In this document: positions 27,796-37,313 of the stretch, one piece after another
Numbering within the stretch: position 1 is the first letter of the stretch
Layout: every line of letters starts with the position of its first letter
Assembly (NCBI GenBank): GCA_045531485.1
Contig: JAZSEC010000018.1
Location: 3,170-67,169, forward strand
Origin: Eubacteriales bacterium
GTDB taxonomy: Bacteria > Bacillota > Clostridia > Oscillospirales > CAG-272
Length of the DNA: 64,000 nt
Reading direction: 5' to 3'
Notes under the pieces: generated by a model
Databases searched by the model: none
What the model was told of the DNA's origin: nothing
What the model saw: only the letters and a program-made list of their open reading frames with translations
Position numbers and translations under genes: made by a program

Positions 27796-29572
27796 ACCGT
27801 CCGTATGGGAAATATTTTTTGATAAGGACGAGCTTGATGAGGCGAAGAAAAAAAGAAAATTCTTCACAAAGGAATTTTCCGGCTCCGTAACTCAAAGGCT
27901 AAAAAGAATACTCTCCGGTAGATTTTTCAGGTTTACAAGGGCGGCATCCGATCTGCTTGCTCACATTTCCACAAGGGTTTACGGTACGGCTCTGCTTTGC
28001 TTTGGCATTCTGGGTGCTTTGCTTCATTTTCTCGGCTTCGGTGCTGATGAAAGCATTGCAAATCCCATAATCGGCATTATATCTGCTCTGCTTGCAATAC
28101 CCTTTATGCTGGTGGATAAGCCGCTTCCCATCTTCCTTCAGGACTTTAAGCCCACCGATTATATCTTCTTCGATTTCTTCTGTATGAAAAGGCATACGGT
28201 CATGGAGAATGAGAGGCGTTTTCCCATCTCTGTGGCAATTATTATCGGCTGTGTCCCAGCTCTTCTGTCGGCCGTGATGCCCTTATGGCAGATAGCACTT
28301 ATTATCGGAGTGATCATCTGCGTATATATCTGTATGGAGTCGCCTGAGTTTATCTACTTTGCGTCGCTCTTCACCCTTCCTTATCTCAGATATATTCCCT
28401 ATTACGACATCGTTTTGTCGATTGCAGTAGTCCTTGCCATCTTCTCCTTTGCGGTGAAGGTGTTCCACGGAAAGAGAGTTTTGTATATAGAGCAGTATGA
28501 CATCTGTCTGGGTGTGATGCTGGTGTTCATTCTTATAAGCGGTATCTTCGTTAAGGGCATTGAGTCCTTCTCGGGATCGGTCAGAATGATAGTTCTTGCT
28601 CTCGGCTACCTACTTGCAAGTAATATAATCACCAACCGCCGTCTTGCCGAGCTTTCGGCAAACTCAATAATCATCTCGGGCAGCATCGCATCGGGGATAT
28701 CCATTATTCAGCTTCTGATCATTGCCATCGGCAGTCGCGAGATAACCCTTGAAACGCTTTCCTCAATTCTTTCAAGAGGTGACGGAGTTGCCGTATTTTT
28801 AATGATCGCGGTAATATTTGCCGTGGGAATGATAGGACAGTCCAGCCGACGCGTCAGCACAAGATATCTTATCGCGGGCTTCCTTTGTATCCTGGCACTT
28901 ATCATTTCCGGTGAGATGCTGGCACTTATCTCCCTGCTTATCGGAATTGCCGCCTACGCCGTTATTAAGCACAATAAGCTTCCCGGCGTATTTATTCCTC
29001 TGTTGCTTTTAGCTTCGGTGCTATTTCTTCTTCTCCCATCGGGAGTGCTTGACTTTATCTTTGAATACAGTCCCTCGATAGTTTCTGCAAAGGAGCTGTT
29101 CGATCTCTGGAACGCCAGCATGAGTGCGTTTGCCAAGAATATGCTGGTGGGTATCGGTATAGGTAAGGAGAGCTTTGCTCAGGAGATGGCAGCTCTCGGA
29201 ATATTCGGCCATCCCGATTCCTCGAATCTCTTTATAGAGCTTGGTCTTGAGGCGGGAATGTTCGCACTAATATGCTTCATCTTCATGATCGTAACAAGAC
29301 TAAAGCACAGATCTCTTCAGTACCCTTACGTTAAAGGCTCGCAGATCGGATTTATGTCTAATCTCAGCGGCGTGTGTCTGTTCTCTCTTCTCGCCTTCGG
29401 TATGGTAAACTATATCTGGTCGGACAGCTCGGCATACTACCTCTTCTGGTGTATATTCGGTATAGGCAGTGCGACTCTCCGCGTGGCTAAGAAGGAATAC
29501 GACGATAAGGTGATATACTATGAGGAGAGCTCTGCCTTCGATTCCTCGGTGATAGACGTGGAGATCGGCTGA
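27788..29572 (+). CDS. O-antigen ligase (Wzy_C)-like polytopic membrane protein
   Basis: 594 aa with more than 10 TM helices. 'GHPDSSNLFIELGLEAGMFAL' resembles the O-antigen ligase loop/helix motif. Confidence 0.65.
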   Translation: MSKPSVWEIFFDKDELDEAKKKRKFFTKEFSGSVTQRLKRILSGRFFRFTRAASDLLAHISTRVYGTALLCFGILGALLHFLGFGADESIANPIIGIISALLAIPFMLVDKPLPIFLQDFKPTDYIFFDFFCMKRHTVMENERRFPISVAIIIGCVPALLSAVMPLWQIALIIGVIICVYICMESPEFIYFASLFTLPYLRYIPYYDIVLSIAVVLAIFSFAVKVFHGKRVLYIEQYDICLGVMLVFILISGIFVKGIESFSGSVRMIVLALGYLLASNIITNRRLAELSANSIIISGSIASGISIIQLLIIAIGSREITLETLSSILSRGDGVAVFLMIAVIFAVGMIGQSSRRVSTRYLIAGFLCILALIISGEMLALISLLIGIAAYAVIKHNKLPGVFIPLLLLASVLFLLLPSGVLDFIFEYSPSIVSAKELFDLWNASMSAFAKNMLVGIGIGKESFAQEMAALGIFGHPDSSNLFIELGLEAGMFALICFIFMIVTRLKHRSLQYPYVKGSQIGFMSNLSGVCLFSLLAFGMVNYIWSDSSAYYLFWCIFGIGSATLRVAKKEYDDKVIYYEESSAFDSSVIDVEIG

Positions 29573-29652
29573 AAAAACGGTTAATTATTGACCCTTTTAT
29601 CATAATTATTCAAAAAAATTGGCAAAATAATTTTTATTATTCTAAAAAGGTA

Positions 29653-29681
29653 TTGATTTTTTGTTAAATATTTGATATACT
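29653..29681 (+). promoter_or_regulatory. Promoter candidate for ptsH
   Basis: TTGATT, 17-nt spacer, TATACT. Confidence 0.4.
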
Positions 29682-29715
29682 TGATTAGAATTAAGAAATT
29701 CTAAGGAGAAAAAAT

Positions 29716-29982
29716 ATGATTTCTCGTAGCGTAACTATACGCAACAGCGTTGGTCTTCACGCAAGACCCGCAACCTTCTTCGTACAGAAGGCAAATTCCT
29801 TCAAGAGCTCTATCTGGGTTGAGAAGGAGGATTGCCGCGTTAATGCGAAGAGCCTTCTCGGTGTTCTTTCGCTTGGTATCACCAAGGGAACTAATATCAC
29901 CTTGATCGCTGACGGTGCTGATGAGAACTCTGCGGTTGACGGACTTGCAGAGCTTGTTGACAGCGAGTTCGGCGAAAAGTAA
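29716..29982 (+). CDS. ptsH: Phosphocarrier protein HPr
   Basis: His15 site 'GLHARPA' and Ser46 region 'AKSLLGVLSLG'. Length 88 aa. Confidence 0.9.
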   Translation: MISRSVTIRNSVGLHARPATFFVQKANSFKSSIWVEKEDCRVNAKSLLGVLSLGITKGTNITLIADGADENSAVDGLAELVDSEFGEK

Positions 29983-30023
29983 TTGAGTTACCCTAAGACG
30001 TTTTCGTCGGGTTAGCTCCAAAA

Positions 30024-30072
30024 GGGTAACGGTTTAATTGCCAACGGCTTTGGATCGTTACCCTTTTTATTT
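30024..30072 (+). terminator. Terminator-like long hairpin after ptsH
   Basis: GGGTAACG...CGTTACCC stem followed by TTTTTATTTT. Confidence 0.5.
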
Positions 30073-30095
30073 TCAAATTTACTCGGAGGTGCGGT

Positions 30096-31931
30096 ATGTC
30101 CGGATTGCAGCGACTTCGGGACAAGGCTAATTCTCTGCCTACCGTTCCCGGAGTATATATAATGAAGGACTCGGCGGGCGAGGTTATCTACGTCGGCAAG
30201 TCCAAAAAACTGAAGAATAGAGTAACTACCTACTTTACCGGCAATAATCATACTCTCAAGACGGCAAAAATGGTTTCGCTCGTGGCAGATTTTGACTATA
30301 TCGTCTGCAAGACCGAGATCGAGGCACTAACCCTTGAGAACGTGCTTATCAAAAAGCACATGCCGAAGTATAATATTCGTCTTAAGGACTCTAAGTCCTA
30401 TCCTTATATCAAGGTAACAAACGAGGAATATCCAAGACTGCTTGTGACTCGCGACAGAAAAAGCGACAGAGCAAGGTATTTTGGCCCCTATCAGGGTGCC
30501 TCCTCGGCTTATGCCGCACTTGAGGCGGTGATGAAGGTGTTTGCTCTACCCACCTGTAAGCGTTCCTTCCCCAAGGATATCGGCCGCGAGCGACCCTGCA
30601 TTTATCGCGATATGGGCAGATGCATAGCACCCTGTGCGGGAAATATCTCCTCCGAGGAATATAAAGAGCGTGTCCGCTCGGCAGAGCGTGTGCTTGACGG
30701 AAATACATCCGAGGCAAGAGAGCTTCTCCGTGCTGATATGGAGCGTGCAGCCGAGATGCTGGAGTTTGAGCGTGCGGCAGCCATCCGTGACCAGCTTATT
30801 GCTCTGGAGCGACTGTCAGAGAAGCAGAAGGTCGTTGCCGATGCTAAGGTAAATCGGGACGTTTTTGCACTTTGCTTTATTGAGGGAGTGGGTGTTATGT
30901 CCATGCTGTCCGTCAGGGGCGGTGCTCTCGTAAATAAAAACGTCTTTATGCTTTCGGCAGCAGATCCCGTATCCGCCGAGGAGGCTGTATCGCTTATTGC
31001 CGCCCACTATGACACCGGTGGCAGTATACCGAAGGAGATCATGCTGGCGTTTTCAGTCGGCGAGGAGGATATCTCGCTTCTTTCGGAGTATATGACTCTC
31101 CTGGCAGGCAAGAGGGTTGCCGTAAGGATTCCCGAGCGTGGTGACGGCCGTGCCTTGTGCGATATGGCTATTGAAAATGCCAAGGAGGCAGCCAGACAGT
31201 ATCGTCTTGAGGGCGAGAGGGAGGATAAATCTATTCGCCGCCTTGCGACTCTACTCGGTCTGCACGAGCCGCCAAGACGTATCGAGGCGTACGATATATC
31301 CAATATCGGTAACGAGAATATAGTTGCATCAATGGTCGTGTGGTCGGGAGGCAAGCTTAAGAAGAGTGATTACAGGCTTTTCTCTATAAAAACCACCGAC
31401 GGTGCAGACGATTACGGCTCTATGCGTGAGGCTCTTACCCGACGCCTCGGTCATATCGGTGACGGCAGTGCATCGCTTGGTGATGAGCCGGATCTTATTC
31501 TCGTCGACGGCGGTGACGCCCACGTGGGAGTGGCGAAGGGTGTGCTTGAGGCACTGTCGCTTGAGATCCCCGTCTTTGGAATGGTAAAGGATGATTTTCA
31601 TAAAACACGTGCGTTGACCGATGGAAAAAATGAGATTTCCATAGCAAAAGAGTTTGATATGTACGCTTTTATTTACAATTTGCAGGAGGAAGCCCATAGA
31701 TTTGCGGTAAAATCCTCTCAGAAGGGTAAAATAAAAACTATGACACATTCCTCTCTTGAGAAAATAGAGGGCATTGGTCCTGCCAAGGCAAGAGCCTTGC
31801 TCTCTGCCATGCCGCTTTCGAAAATAAGGGTGTCATCTGTAGACGAGCTTGCCTCCGTTAAGGGCATCGGCAGATCGGATGCCGAAAGAATAGCAAGGTA
31901 CTTTGAAGAAAAAAGAGGTAAAAGAAAATGA
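30096..31931 (+). CDS. uvrC: Excinuclease ABC subunit C
   Basis: GIY-YIG 'GVYIMKDSAGEVIYVGKSKKLKNRV', a UVR domain and a C-terminal HhH 'LEKIEGIGPAKARALL'. Confidence 0.95.
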   Translation: MSGLQRLRDKANSLPTVPGVYIMKDSAGEVIYVGKSKKLKNRVTTYFTGNNHTLKTAKMVSLVADFDYIVCKTEIEALTLENVLIKKHMPKYNIRLKDSKSYPYIKVTNEEYPRLLVTRDRKSDRARYFGPYQGASSAYAALEAVMKVFALPTCKRSFPKDIGRERPCIYRDMGRCIAPCAGNISSEEYKERVRSAERVLDGNTSEARELLRADMERAAEMLEFERAAAIRDQLIALERLSEKQKVVADAKVNRDVFALCFIEGVGVMSMLSVRGGALVNKNVFMLSAADPVSAEEAVSLIAAHYDTGGSIPKEIMLAFSVGEEDISLLSEYMTLLAGKRVAVRIPERGDGRALCDMAIENAKEAARQYRLEGEREDKSIRRLATLLGLHEPPRRIEAYDISNIGNENIVASMVVWSGGKLKKSDYRLFSIKTTDGADDYGSMREALTRRLGHIGDGSASLGDEPDLILVDGGDAHVGVAKGVLEALSLEIPVFGMVKDDFHKTRALTDGKNEISIAKEFDMYAFIYNLQEEAHRFAVKSSQKGKIKTMTHSSLEKIEGIGPAKARALLSAMPLSKIRVSSVDELASVKGIGRSDAERIARYFEEKRGKRK

Positions 31932-32503
31932 TGAGAATAATTACCGGAAGTGCGAAGGGCAAAAAGCTTGTCAGCCTTGAGGGCGAGGCTACCAGACCCA
32001 CCTCCGAGAGAATAAAGGAGGCGATCTTCTCCTCCATACAGTTTGACGTAGAGGGCAGACGTGTGCTTGATCTTTTTGCAGGCTCGGGTCAGATGGGCTT
32101 TGAGGCTCTTTCCCGCGGTGCAGACAGAGCCACCTTCATCGATCTCTCCCGCGAGGCGATGGATATAGTGAAGCAAAATGCCAGGATCACCGGCTTCTTT
32201 GACGTTAGCCACTTCCTCGTAAGCGATTGGCGTAACTATATCAGAAAGGCGTCGGGCAGGGAGCAGTACGATCTTGTTTTCGTAGATCCACCCTATGCTA
32301 TGGAGTGCTGTGCCGACGTGGCGGCATATCTTGCAGAAAAGGAGCTTATTATCCCCGGTGCCATTGTCGTGCTTGAGTCGGGCGAGGAGGAGATAAGCAT
32401 GGATGATCCCCGTCTTGGCGGATACAGATCCATAAAATCCACCCACTACGGCAAGAAAACCTTCGTAAACATTCTCTTCTACGAGGGCAGGGAGGCAAAA
32501 TAA
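31928..32503 (+). CDS. rsmD: 16S rRNA (guanine966-N2)-methyltransferase
   Basis: 'RPTSERIKEAIFS', 'DLFAGSGQMGFEALSRGA' and 'DPPY'. An ATGA overlap links it to uvrC. Confidence 0.9.
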   Translation: MMRIITGSAKGKKLVSLEGEATRPTSERIKEAIFSSIQFDVEGRRVLDLFAGSGQMGFEALSRGADRATFIDLSREAMDIVKQNARITGFFDVSHFLVSDWRNYIRKASGREQYDLVFVDPPYAMECCADVAAYLAEKELIIPGAIVVLESGEEEISMDDPRLGGYRSIKSTHYGKKTFVNILFYEGREAK

Positions 32504-32970
32504 TGAGCGTAATTATTCCCGGCAGCTATGATCCGGTTACCAAGGGTCATTTAGACATAATTCGCCGTGCGGCAGAAGCCTATGACGAGGTCTACGTGGT
32601 TGCCTTTACAAATCCAAAAAAGAGCTATACCTTCTCGGTAGAGGACAGAGTCCGTATGCTGATGATCGCTACCGACGATCTTGATAACGTGCTGGTCAGC
32701 TACTCCAACGGCCTTGTTATCGACTATATGACCGACCACGAGATCAGCAAGATCATCAAGGGCTATCGCACCGAGGAGGATCTTAAATGGGAGAAGGAGC
32801 AGGCAGAATGGAACTTCAAGCACGGCAGCTATGAAACAGAGCTTTGGAAATGCCGTGAGGGACTTGAGGACGTAAGCTCCACCGCCGCCCGCCGTGCCAT
32901 CGAAAACGGCGAGCCTCTCGATATGCTTCCCGAAAAGGTAGCCGAATACATTAAAGAGATTAGAAAATAA
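32503..32970 (+). CDS. coaD: Pantetheine-phosphate adenylyltransferase
   Basis: 'IPGSYDPVTKGHLDII' nucleotidyltransferase motif. Length 155 aa. Confidence 0.93.
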   Translation: MSVIIPGSYDPVTKGHLDIIRRAAEAYDEVYVVAFTNPKKSYTFSVEDRVRMLMIATDDLDNVLVSYSNGLVIDYMTDHEISKIIKGYRTEEDLKWEKEQAEWNFKHGSYETELWKCREGLEDVSSTAARRAIENGEPLDMLPEKVAEYIKEIRK

Positions 32971-32973
32971 AGA

Positions 32974-33026
32974 AAACACCACGCCCCGCGTACCGTTTTT
33001 TAAGTACGTAAGACGTGGTGTTTTTC
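32974..33026 (+). terminator. Terminator-like compound hairpin after coaD
   Basis: AACACCACG...CGTGGTGTT outer stem with an inner CGTAC/GTACG stem, followed by TTTTT. Confidence 0.5.
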
Positions 33027-33036
33027 ATCTTTATTT

Positions 33037-33096
33037 ATACGTATGTCCGATTTTCAAACATATTTTCCTTCATACGTATGTCCGATTTTTAAACAT
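33037..33096. repeat. Two 25-bp direct repeats
   Basis: ATACGTATGTCCGATTTT(C/T)AAACAT occurs at 33037-33061 and 33072-33096. Confidence 0.7.
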
Positions 33097-33098
33097 TC

Positions 33099-33917
33099 CT
33101 ACCTTATCTCGTCCCAGAAATCCTTCGTTTCGGCAGATGCACCCATAATAAACAGGCTGTATCCGTCGTTTATGGAATAGTAGACGTGACAGGCATTATC
33201 GACTATGGGAAAGCTGTCAAACAGTGCCAGCATCGTGGTGTAGCAAAGACCGTTTGCGTGCTTACCGCTCATCATATACAGATAGTAAACTGAGCTGTAA
33301 TCCTCGGAGGCAATGGCGTAATATGCCGACTCGACAGGATCTGTGCCGATGTTCTCCCTTAGCTTTTCCTGATACAGTACGGTATATCCCTCGCTCTCGA
33401 CCGATTCCATTATCTCTAAGGGTAATTTATCGGTATCCCTGCGGGCGATACGCCAGGTGCGGTTGCCCTTCTGCAGATGTATCTGATCCTCGGGAATACC
33501 TATATCCCTTGCAAAGCTGATCACGGCCTTATTCTGCTCTGTGCCCACACCCAGAGCCACCGTGTTGTTTACGCGGATCATAATGATATTCGGGTCATAT
33601 GCAATTACTATCGCATAGTCCGCTATTTTATTTCTCTGGTATTCCTTCGCGTCATCTGTGCTACTGAATTTGCTGAGAAAGAAGGATGAGCCGTCGGCAT
33701 ATCTGATAAAATTTTTCTGCCTTTCGCCCTCTATATAAACGTTCGTGGGCGTAACCTCACCGCCGCTCTCCTTTACTGAGGATAAATATTTATCGTGATC
33801 GAAATCGGCAATGTCAAATTCAGCAGAGCCGGACCAGGCCTCACTCTCCCTGCGGCCGCAGCCCGTAAGAGAAAGACAGATCATTAATGACAGTATTAAG
33901 CATATTACTTTTTTCAT
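33099..33917 (-). CDS. Hypothetical lipoprotein
   Basis: Signal peptide plus lipobox 'LSLTGC'. Length 272 aa. No family recognised. Confidence 0.6.
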   Translation of the reverse strand: MKKVICLILSLMICLSLTGCGRRESEAWSGSAEFDIADFDHDKYLSSVKESGGEVTPTNVYIEGERQKNFIRYADGSSFFLSKFSSTDDAKEYQRNKIADYAIVIAYDPNIIMIRVNNTVALGVGTEQNKAVISFARDIGIPEDQIHLQKGNRTWRIARRDTDKLPLEIMESVESEGYTVLYQEKLRENIGTDPVESAYYAIASEDYSSVYYLYMMSGKHANGLCYTTMLALFDSFPIVDNACHVYYSINDGYSLFIMGASAETKDFWDEIR

Positions 33918-33947
33918 ATTGGCTCTCCCCTTTTTTCTTCTGATTTA

Positions 33948-33976
33948 ATTATACAGCATCCTTTTCCCTTTGTCAA
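33948..33976 (-). promoter_or_regulatory. Consensus sigma-70-type promoter for the lipoprotein gene
   Basis: On the minus strand: TTGACA, 17-nt spacer, TATAAT. Confidence 0.55.
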
Positions 33977-34006
33977 CAAAAAAAGACCGAGCATTTCGCT
34001 CGGTCT
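33976..34006 (-). terminator. Terminator after the acyl-CoA ligase gene
   Basis: AGACCGAGC-ATTTC-GCTCGGTCT with a T-run on the minus strand. Confidence 0.6.
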
Positions 34007-34019
34007 TTTTATCTTTATA

Positions 34020-35732
34020 TTAGTCGATGGTCATATCCATCTTTCTTCTGAGGATCTTACGAAGGGTGTTCTTGGGGAACTCTTCCTCACGAACCTTAAG
34101 CAGACCTACCTTCTTGTAGGGAACTGCGGTCTTGTTGTACTCGTTTACAAACTTCTGGAAATATGCCTTAGCATCGGTGATGCCCTTTTCCTCAAGCACG
34201 GTCTTGTCGGGATAGATCTCGGCAACAATGGTGTTGAAGGCGATGCCGCGGCGGGACTTACCCTCGTAAACTACTATATCAACAAGGCCGGGAGTTGCAC
34301 TGAGTGCATCCTCGATCTCCTCGGGATATACGTTCTTACCGTTAGAGAGAATGATGATGTTCTTGAATCTACCGGTGATATAGAGGATACGGTCACCCTC
34401 CTTGGTGATCTCCATACGGCCTGCGTCGCCGGTACGGAAGTAGCCGTCCTCGGTGAATGCCTCGGCGTTTGCCTCGTCATTCTTATAGTAGCCGATCATA
34501 ACGTTGGGACCCTTAACCTGGATCTCACCCTCGCCGTTTTCGTCTGCGTCTGCAATACGGCAATCAACGATGGGAAGAACGGGACCTACGCTCTTTGGAA
34601 CGATATAGTTGTTGTGGTTTACTGCAAGGATGGGAGCACACTCGGTAATGCCGTAGCCGTTAAGAACCTTTACGCCAAGACCGTCGAAGAGGTCTGCCAT
34701 CTCCTGATTAAGAGGAGCACCGCCGGAGATGATCATATTAAGCTCGCCGCCGAAGGAGGAGAGGATCATCTTCTTGAAAAGACCGTCGAAGGGCTTAAGG
34801 CCGATCTTGTGGAATGCGGTGTTTACCTTGATAAGAGCCTTAACTAGACCTGCAACGAACTTACCCTTTGCATCAATGCCCTTGAGTATTCTTCTGTAGA
34901 AGGTCTCAACGTAGAGGGGAACTGCTACAAGGTGACCGGGCTTATGCTCCTGAAGCTCCTTTAAGATGTACTTAACACCCGAGGAGATATATACGTCACA
35001 TCCGATGGAGTTCTGTCCGTAGATGGAAACCGACGAGCCGTAGGTGTGATGGGGAGGAAGCACGTTCATACATCTGGTAGAGAATGCGATGAAGGGAATA
35101 ACGTCGGCAAGGTCGGACATAAAGTTACGCTGGGAGAGCATAACGCCCTTACCCTGACCGGTAGTACCCGAGGTGAACACAAGCTCTGCAAGTGCATCGG
35201 GATCAATGGGTGCGTCGTAGTAGAGAGAAGGATTCTCAGCAAACTTCTTCTCACCCTCTCTACGCCATGCAATAAGGCTGTTCTCGCCCTCACCGTTAAG
35301 GTAAAGAGGAGCGGGCATACCAAGCTCGGAGGTAATATACTCACACTTCTCGCTGATATCGGTGTCACACATAAGATAGTCGCATTCGCCTTTTCTTACG
35401 GTGTCAAGCAGATCCTCCTTTGTCCAATCTCTGTCAAGGGGAACCCATACCGAGCCAACCGCAAGGGTCGCGTAGTAGCTCTGAATAAGCTGATAGGTAT
35501 GCTTACCGATAACGCAGATCTTCTTGCCCTGGAGTCCTCTTGCTACGATCTCGGTAGCAAACGCTCTTACGTGGTCACGCATCTCGTCATAGGTAACCTT
35601 AACCTGCTCCTTGTCATGGGGTTTTACGCGATAGCGATATGCCACCCTGCCGTTAAAGCGGTCGCCGATGTCCTCAATCATTTCACGAATGTTGAGATAC
35701 TCTCTTTTTTCTCTTAATGCTTTTGCCTTCAT
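34020..35732 (-). CDS. AMP-dependent synthetase/ligase (long-chain fatty acid--CoA ligase-like)
   Basis: AMP-binding motif 'FTSGTTGQGKGVM' plus 'GYGITE' and 'YFRTGD'. Confidence 0.85.
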   Translation of the reverse strand: MKAKALREKREYLNIREMIEDIGDRFNGRVAYRYRVKPHDKEQVKVTYDEMRDHVRAFATEIVARGLQGKKICVIGKHTYQLIQSYYATLAVGSVWVPLDRDWTKEDLLDTVRKGECDYLMCDTDISEKCEYITSELGMPAPLYLNGEGENSLIAWRREGEKKFAENPSLYYDAPIDPDALAELVFTSGTTGQGKGVMLSQRNFMSDLADVIPFIAFSTRCMNVLPPHHTYGSSVSIYGQNSIGCDVYISSGVKYILKELQEHKPGHLVAVPLYVETFYRRILKGIDAKGKFVAGLVKALIKVNTAFHKIGLKPFDGLFKKMILSSFGGELNMIISGGAPLNQEMADLFDGLGVKVLNGYGITECAPILAVNHNNYIVPKSVGPVLPIVDCRIADADENGEGEIQVKGPNVMIGYYKNDEANAEAFTEDGYFRTGDAGRMEITKEGDRILYITGRFKNIIILSNGKNVYPEEIEDALSATPGLVDIVVYEGKSRRGIAFNTIVAEIYPDKTVLEEKGITDAKAYFQKFVNEYNKTAVPYKKVGLLKVREEEFPKNTLRKILRRKMDMTID

Positions 35733-35882
35733 ATTAAAAAGTACCTTTCGATAATCAATTTCTAAGCCTTATACCGAATTCAGCATAGCAGCCCGCCAGG
35801 ATCGGGGGATGTCGGGAAGTGCTACGTCAGCTCTTGAATAAAGCCTCGAAAAATATTTTTTGGGCTAAGCCCAATCACAGTA

Positions 35883-35911
35883 ATAATAGCACATATAGAG
35901 TATTTTGTCAA
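35883..35911 (-). promoter_or_regulatory. Promoter candidate upstream of the acyl-CoA ligase leader
   Basis: On the minus strand: TTGACA, 17-nt spacer, TATTAT. Confidence 0.45.
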
Positions 35912-35967
35912 GCAAATGAGGTTTTATTATACGGTTGTATGACATTTTTAACCATTTTGTCCACCAA

Positions 35968-36447
35968 TTAGGCGTCCTGATGCTTCTTTCTTTTGTTCTT
36001 AAAATATGTAGAAAGTATTTCTGCACACCTCTCGCCAAGGACTCCGCCAACCACCTGTGGACGATGATTTAAGCCTGCCTCGTTTACGTCGATAGCCGAG
36101 CCAAAGGCACCGAAGCGGTGATCCCTTGCTCCGAATACGACTCTTTCTATTCTCGAATTTATTATAGCTCCCGCACACATAACGCAGGGCTCCATGGTCA
36201 CGTACAGGGTTACTCCGGGCAATCTCCAGCCACCGAGAGTGCGGCATGCCTCCTCGATTGCCAGTATTTCAGCGTGATGAGTGGCACATTTTGATTCTTC
36301 ACGGGTGTTGAAGGCACTTGCGATAATTTTACCGTCACGAACGGCGATCGCCCCTACGGGAACCTCGTCACGCTCTGCGGCGAGAAGAGCCAGTCTTATG
36401 GCCTCTTCCATGAATTTTTCGTCCTCTGTAAGATTTATATTTTCCAT
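35968..36447 (-). CDS. tadA: tRNA adenosine(34) deaminase
   Basis: Zinc motifs 'HAEILAI' and 'PCVMCAGA'. The ATG at 36447 follows AAGAGGAA. Confidence 0.92.
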   Translation of the reverse strand: MENINLTEDEKFMEEAIRLALLAAERDEVPVGAIAVRDGKIIASAFNTREESKCATHHAEILAIEEACRTLGGWRLPGVTLYVTMEPCVMCAGAIINSRIERVVFGARDHRFGAFGSAIDVNEAGLNHRPQVVGGVLGERCAEILSTYFKNKRKKHQDA

Positions 36448-36458
36448 TTTTGTTCCTC

Positions 36459-37271
36459 TTACATTAAAAGATTGAATAGTGCGATCACCAGCGTAAAGAA
36501 TGCAAAGCACAGCATATCCAGTGTGATCCTGTACCTTACACCCTCCTCAAAGGCATCGAGAAGCATAGCCTTATAGGTCTTTCTCCTGACTACGATTACG
36601 ATAAGGGAAATCAGCGTCAGAATACCGATAATTGCATATACGGTAGGTGAAAATGCCTTATTATCCGAGTAAATCATCATTCCCACCGAAAGTGCGTTGT
36701 TGATAAAGTGGATAAGCACCGAGGGTATGACGCTGTCGGTGGCAATATCTATCGCCATCAGTATTACTCCTGCTGTAAAGGCGTAGGGGATCTGGAACAG
36801 ATCGCGGTGAACGAAGGCAAAGAAGAATGCCGAGATTAGCACCGCACCGCGTCTTGATCTGGGTGCCAGCAGACGAAGGGGAAGATATCTGAACAGTGCC
36901 TCCTCCAGTATTGCAGGCAGAAGTGCGTGAGAAAACAGTGCGGGAATAAGACTGTCACCAACGTCAACGCTATTCAGCCTGCCGGTGAATATGAATATCA
37001 GCAGTGAGGTAACGTAGGAGATGATGATGGTAAGGGTGACCGTGGGTGCGATGATGGGAAGGGCTCTTTTAACGTTCTCACTGTCTATGGTGAGAAATGC
37101 CGTGGGCGACTCTCCGTCCCCTCGGACGAGGTAGAGTCCGATCGCCACAGGCAGAGCAAAGGCGAGAAAATATACTATCAGCGAAAGTATTCCGCTAAAA
37201 AATCCCGAAATGAAAAGCAATATTAAAAACAACACGTAAAGCATTGATAAATAGGTGATTCTCGACTGCAT
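36459..37271 (-). CDS. CPBP family intramembrane glutamic endopeptidase
   Basis: 'EEALFRYL', 'FAFVHRD' and 'HFINNA' motifs. Polytopic. Confidence 0.85.
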   Translation of the reverse strand: MQSRITYLSMLYVLFLILLFISGFFSGILSLIVYFLAFALPVAIGLYLVRGDGESPTAFLTIDSENVKRALPIIAPTVTLTIIISYVTSLLIFIFTGRLNSVDVGDSLIPALFSHALLPAILEEALFRYLPLRLLAPRSRRGAVLISAFFFAFVHRDLFQIPYAFTAGVILMAIDIATDSVIPSVLIHFINNALSVGMMIYSDNKAFSPTVYAIIGILTLISLIVIVVRRKTYKAMLLDAFEEGVRYRITLDMLCFAFFTLVIALFNLLM

Positions 37272-37313
37272 ATTTTCTTCCTTTCCTTATATTTTGTAAA
37301 GTATAGTTGTCAA

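Noticed and set aside
35733-35967. Possible SRP (4.5S/scRNA) gene downstream of tadA, a common Firmicute arrangement.
   Set aside because: I looked on both strands for the conserved domain IV sequence (..GUCAGGUCCGGAAGGAAGCAGC.. with a GGAA tetraloop) and did not find it.
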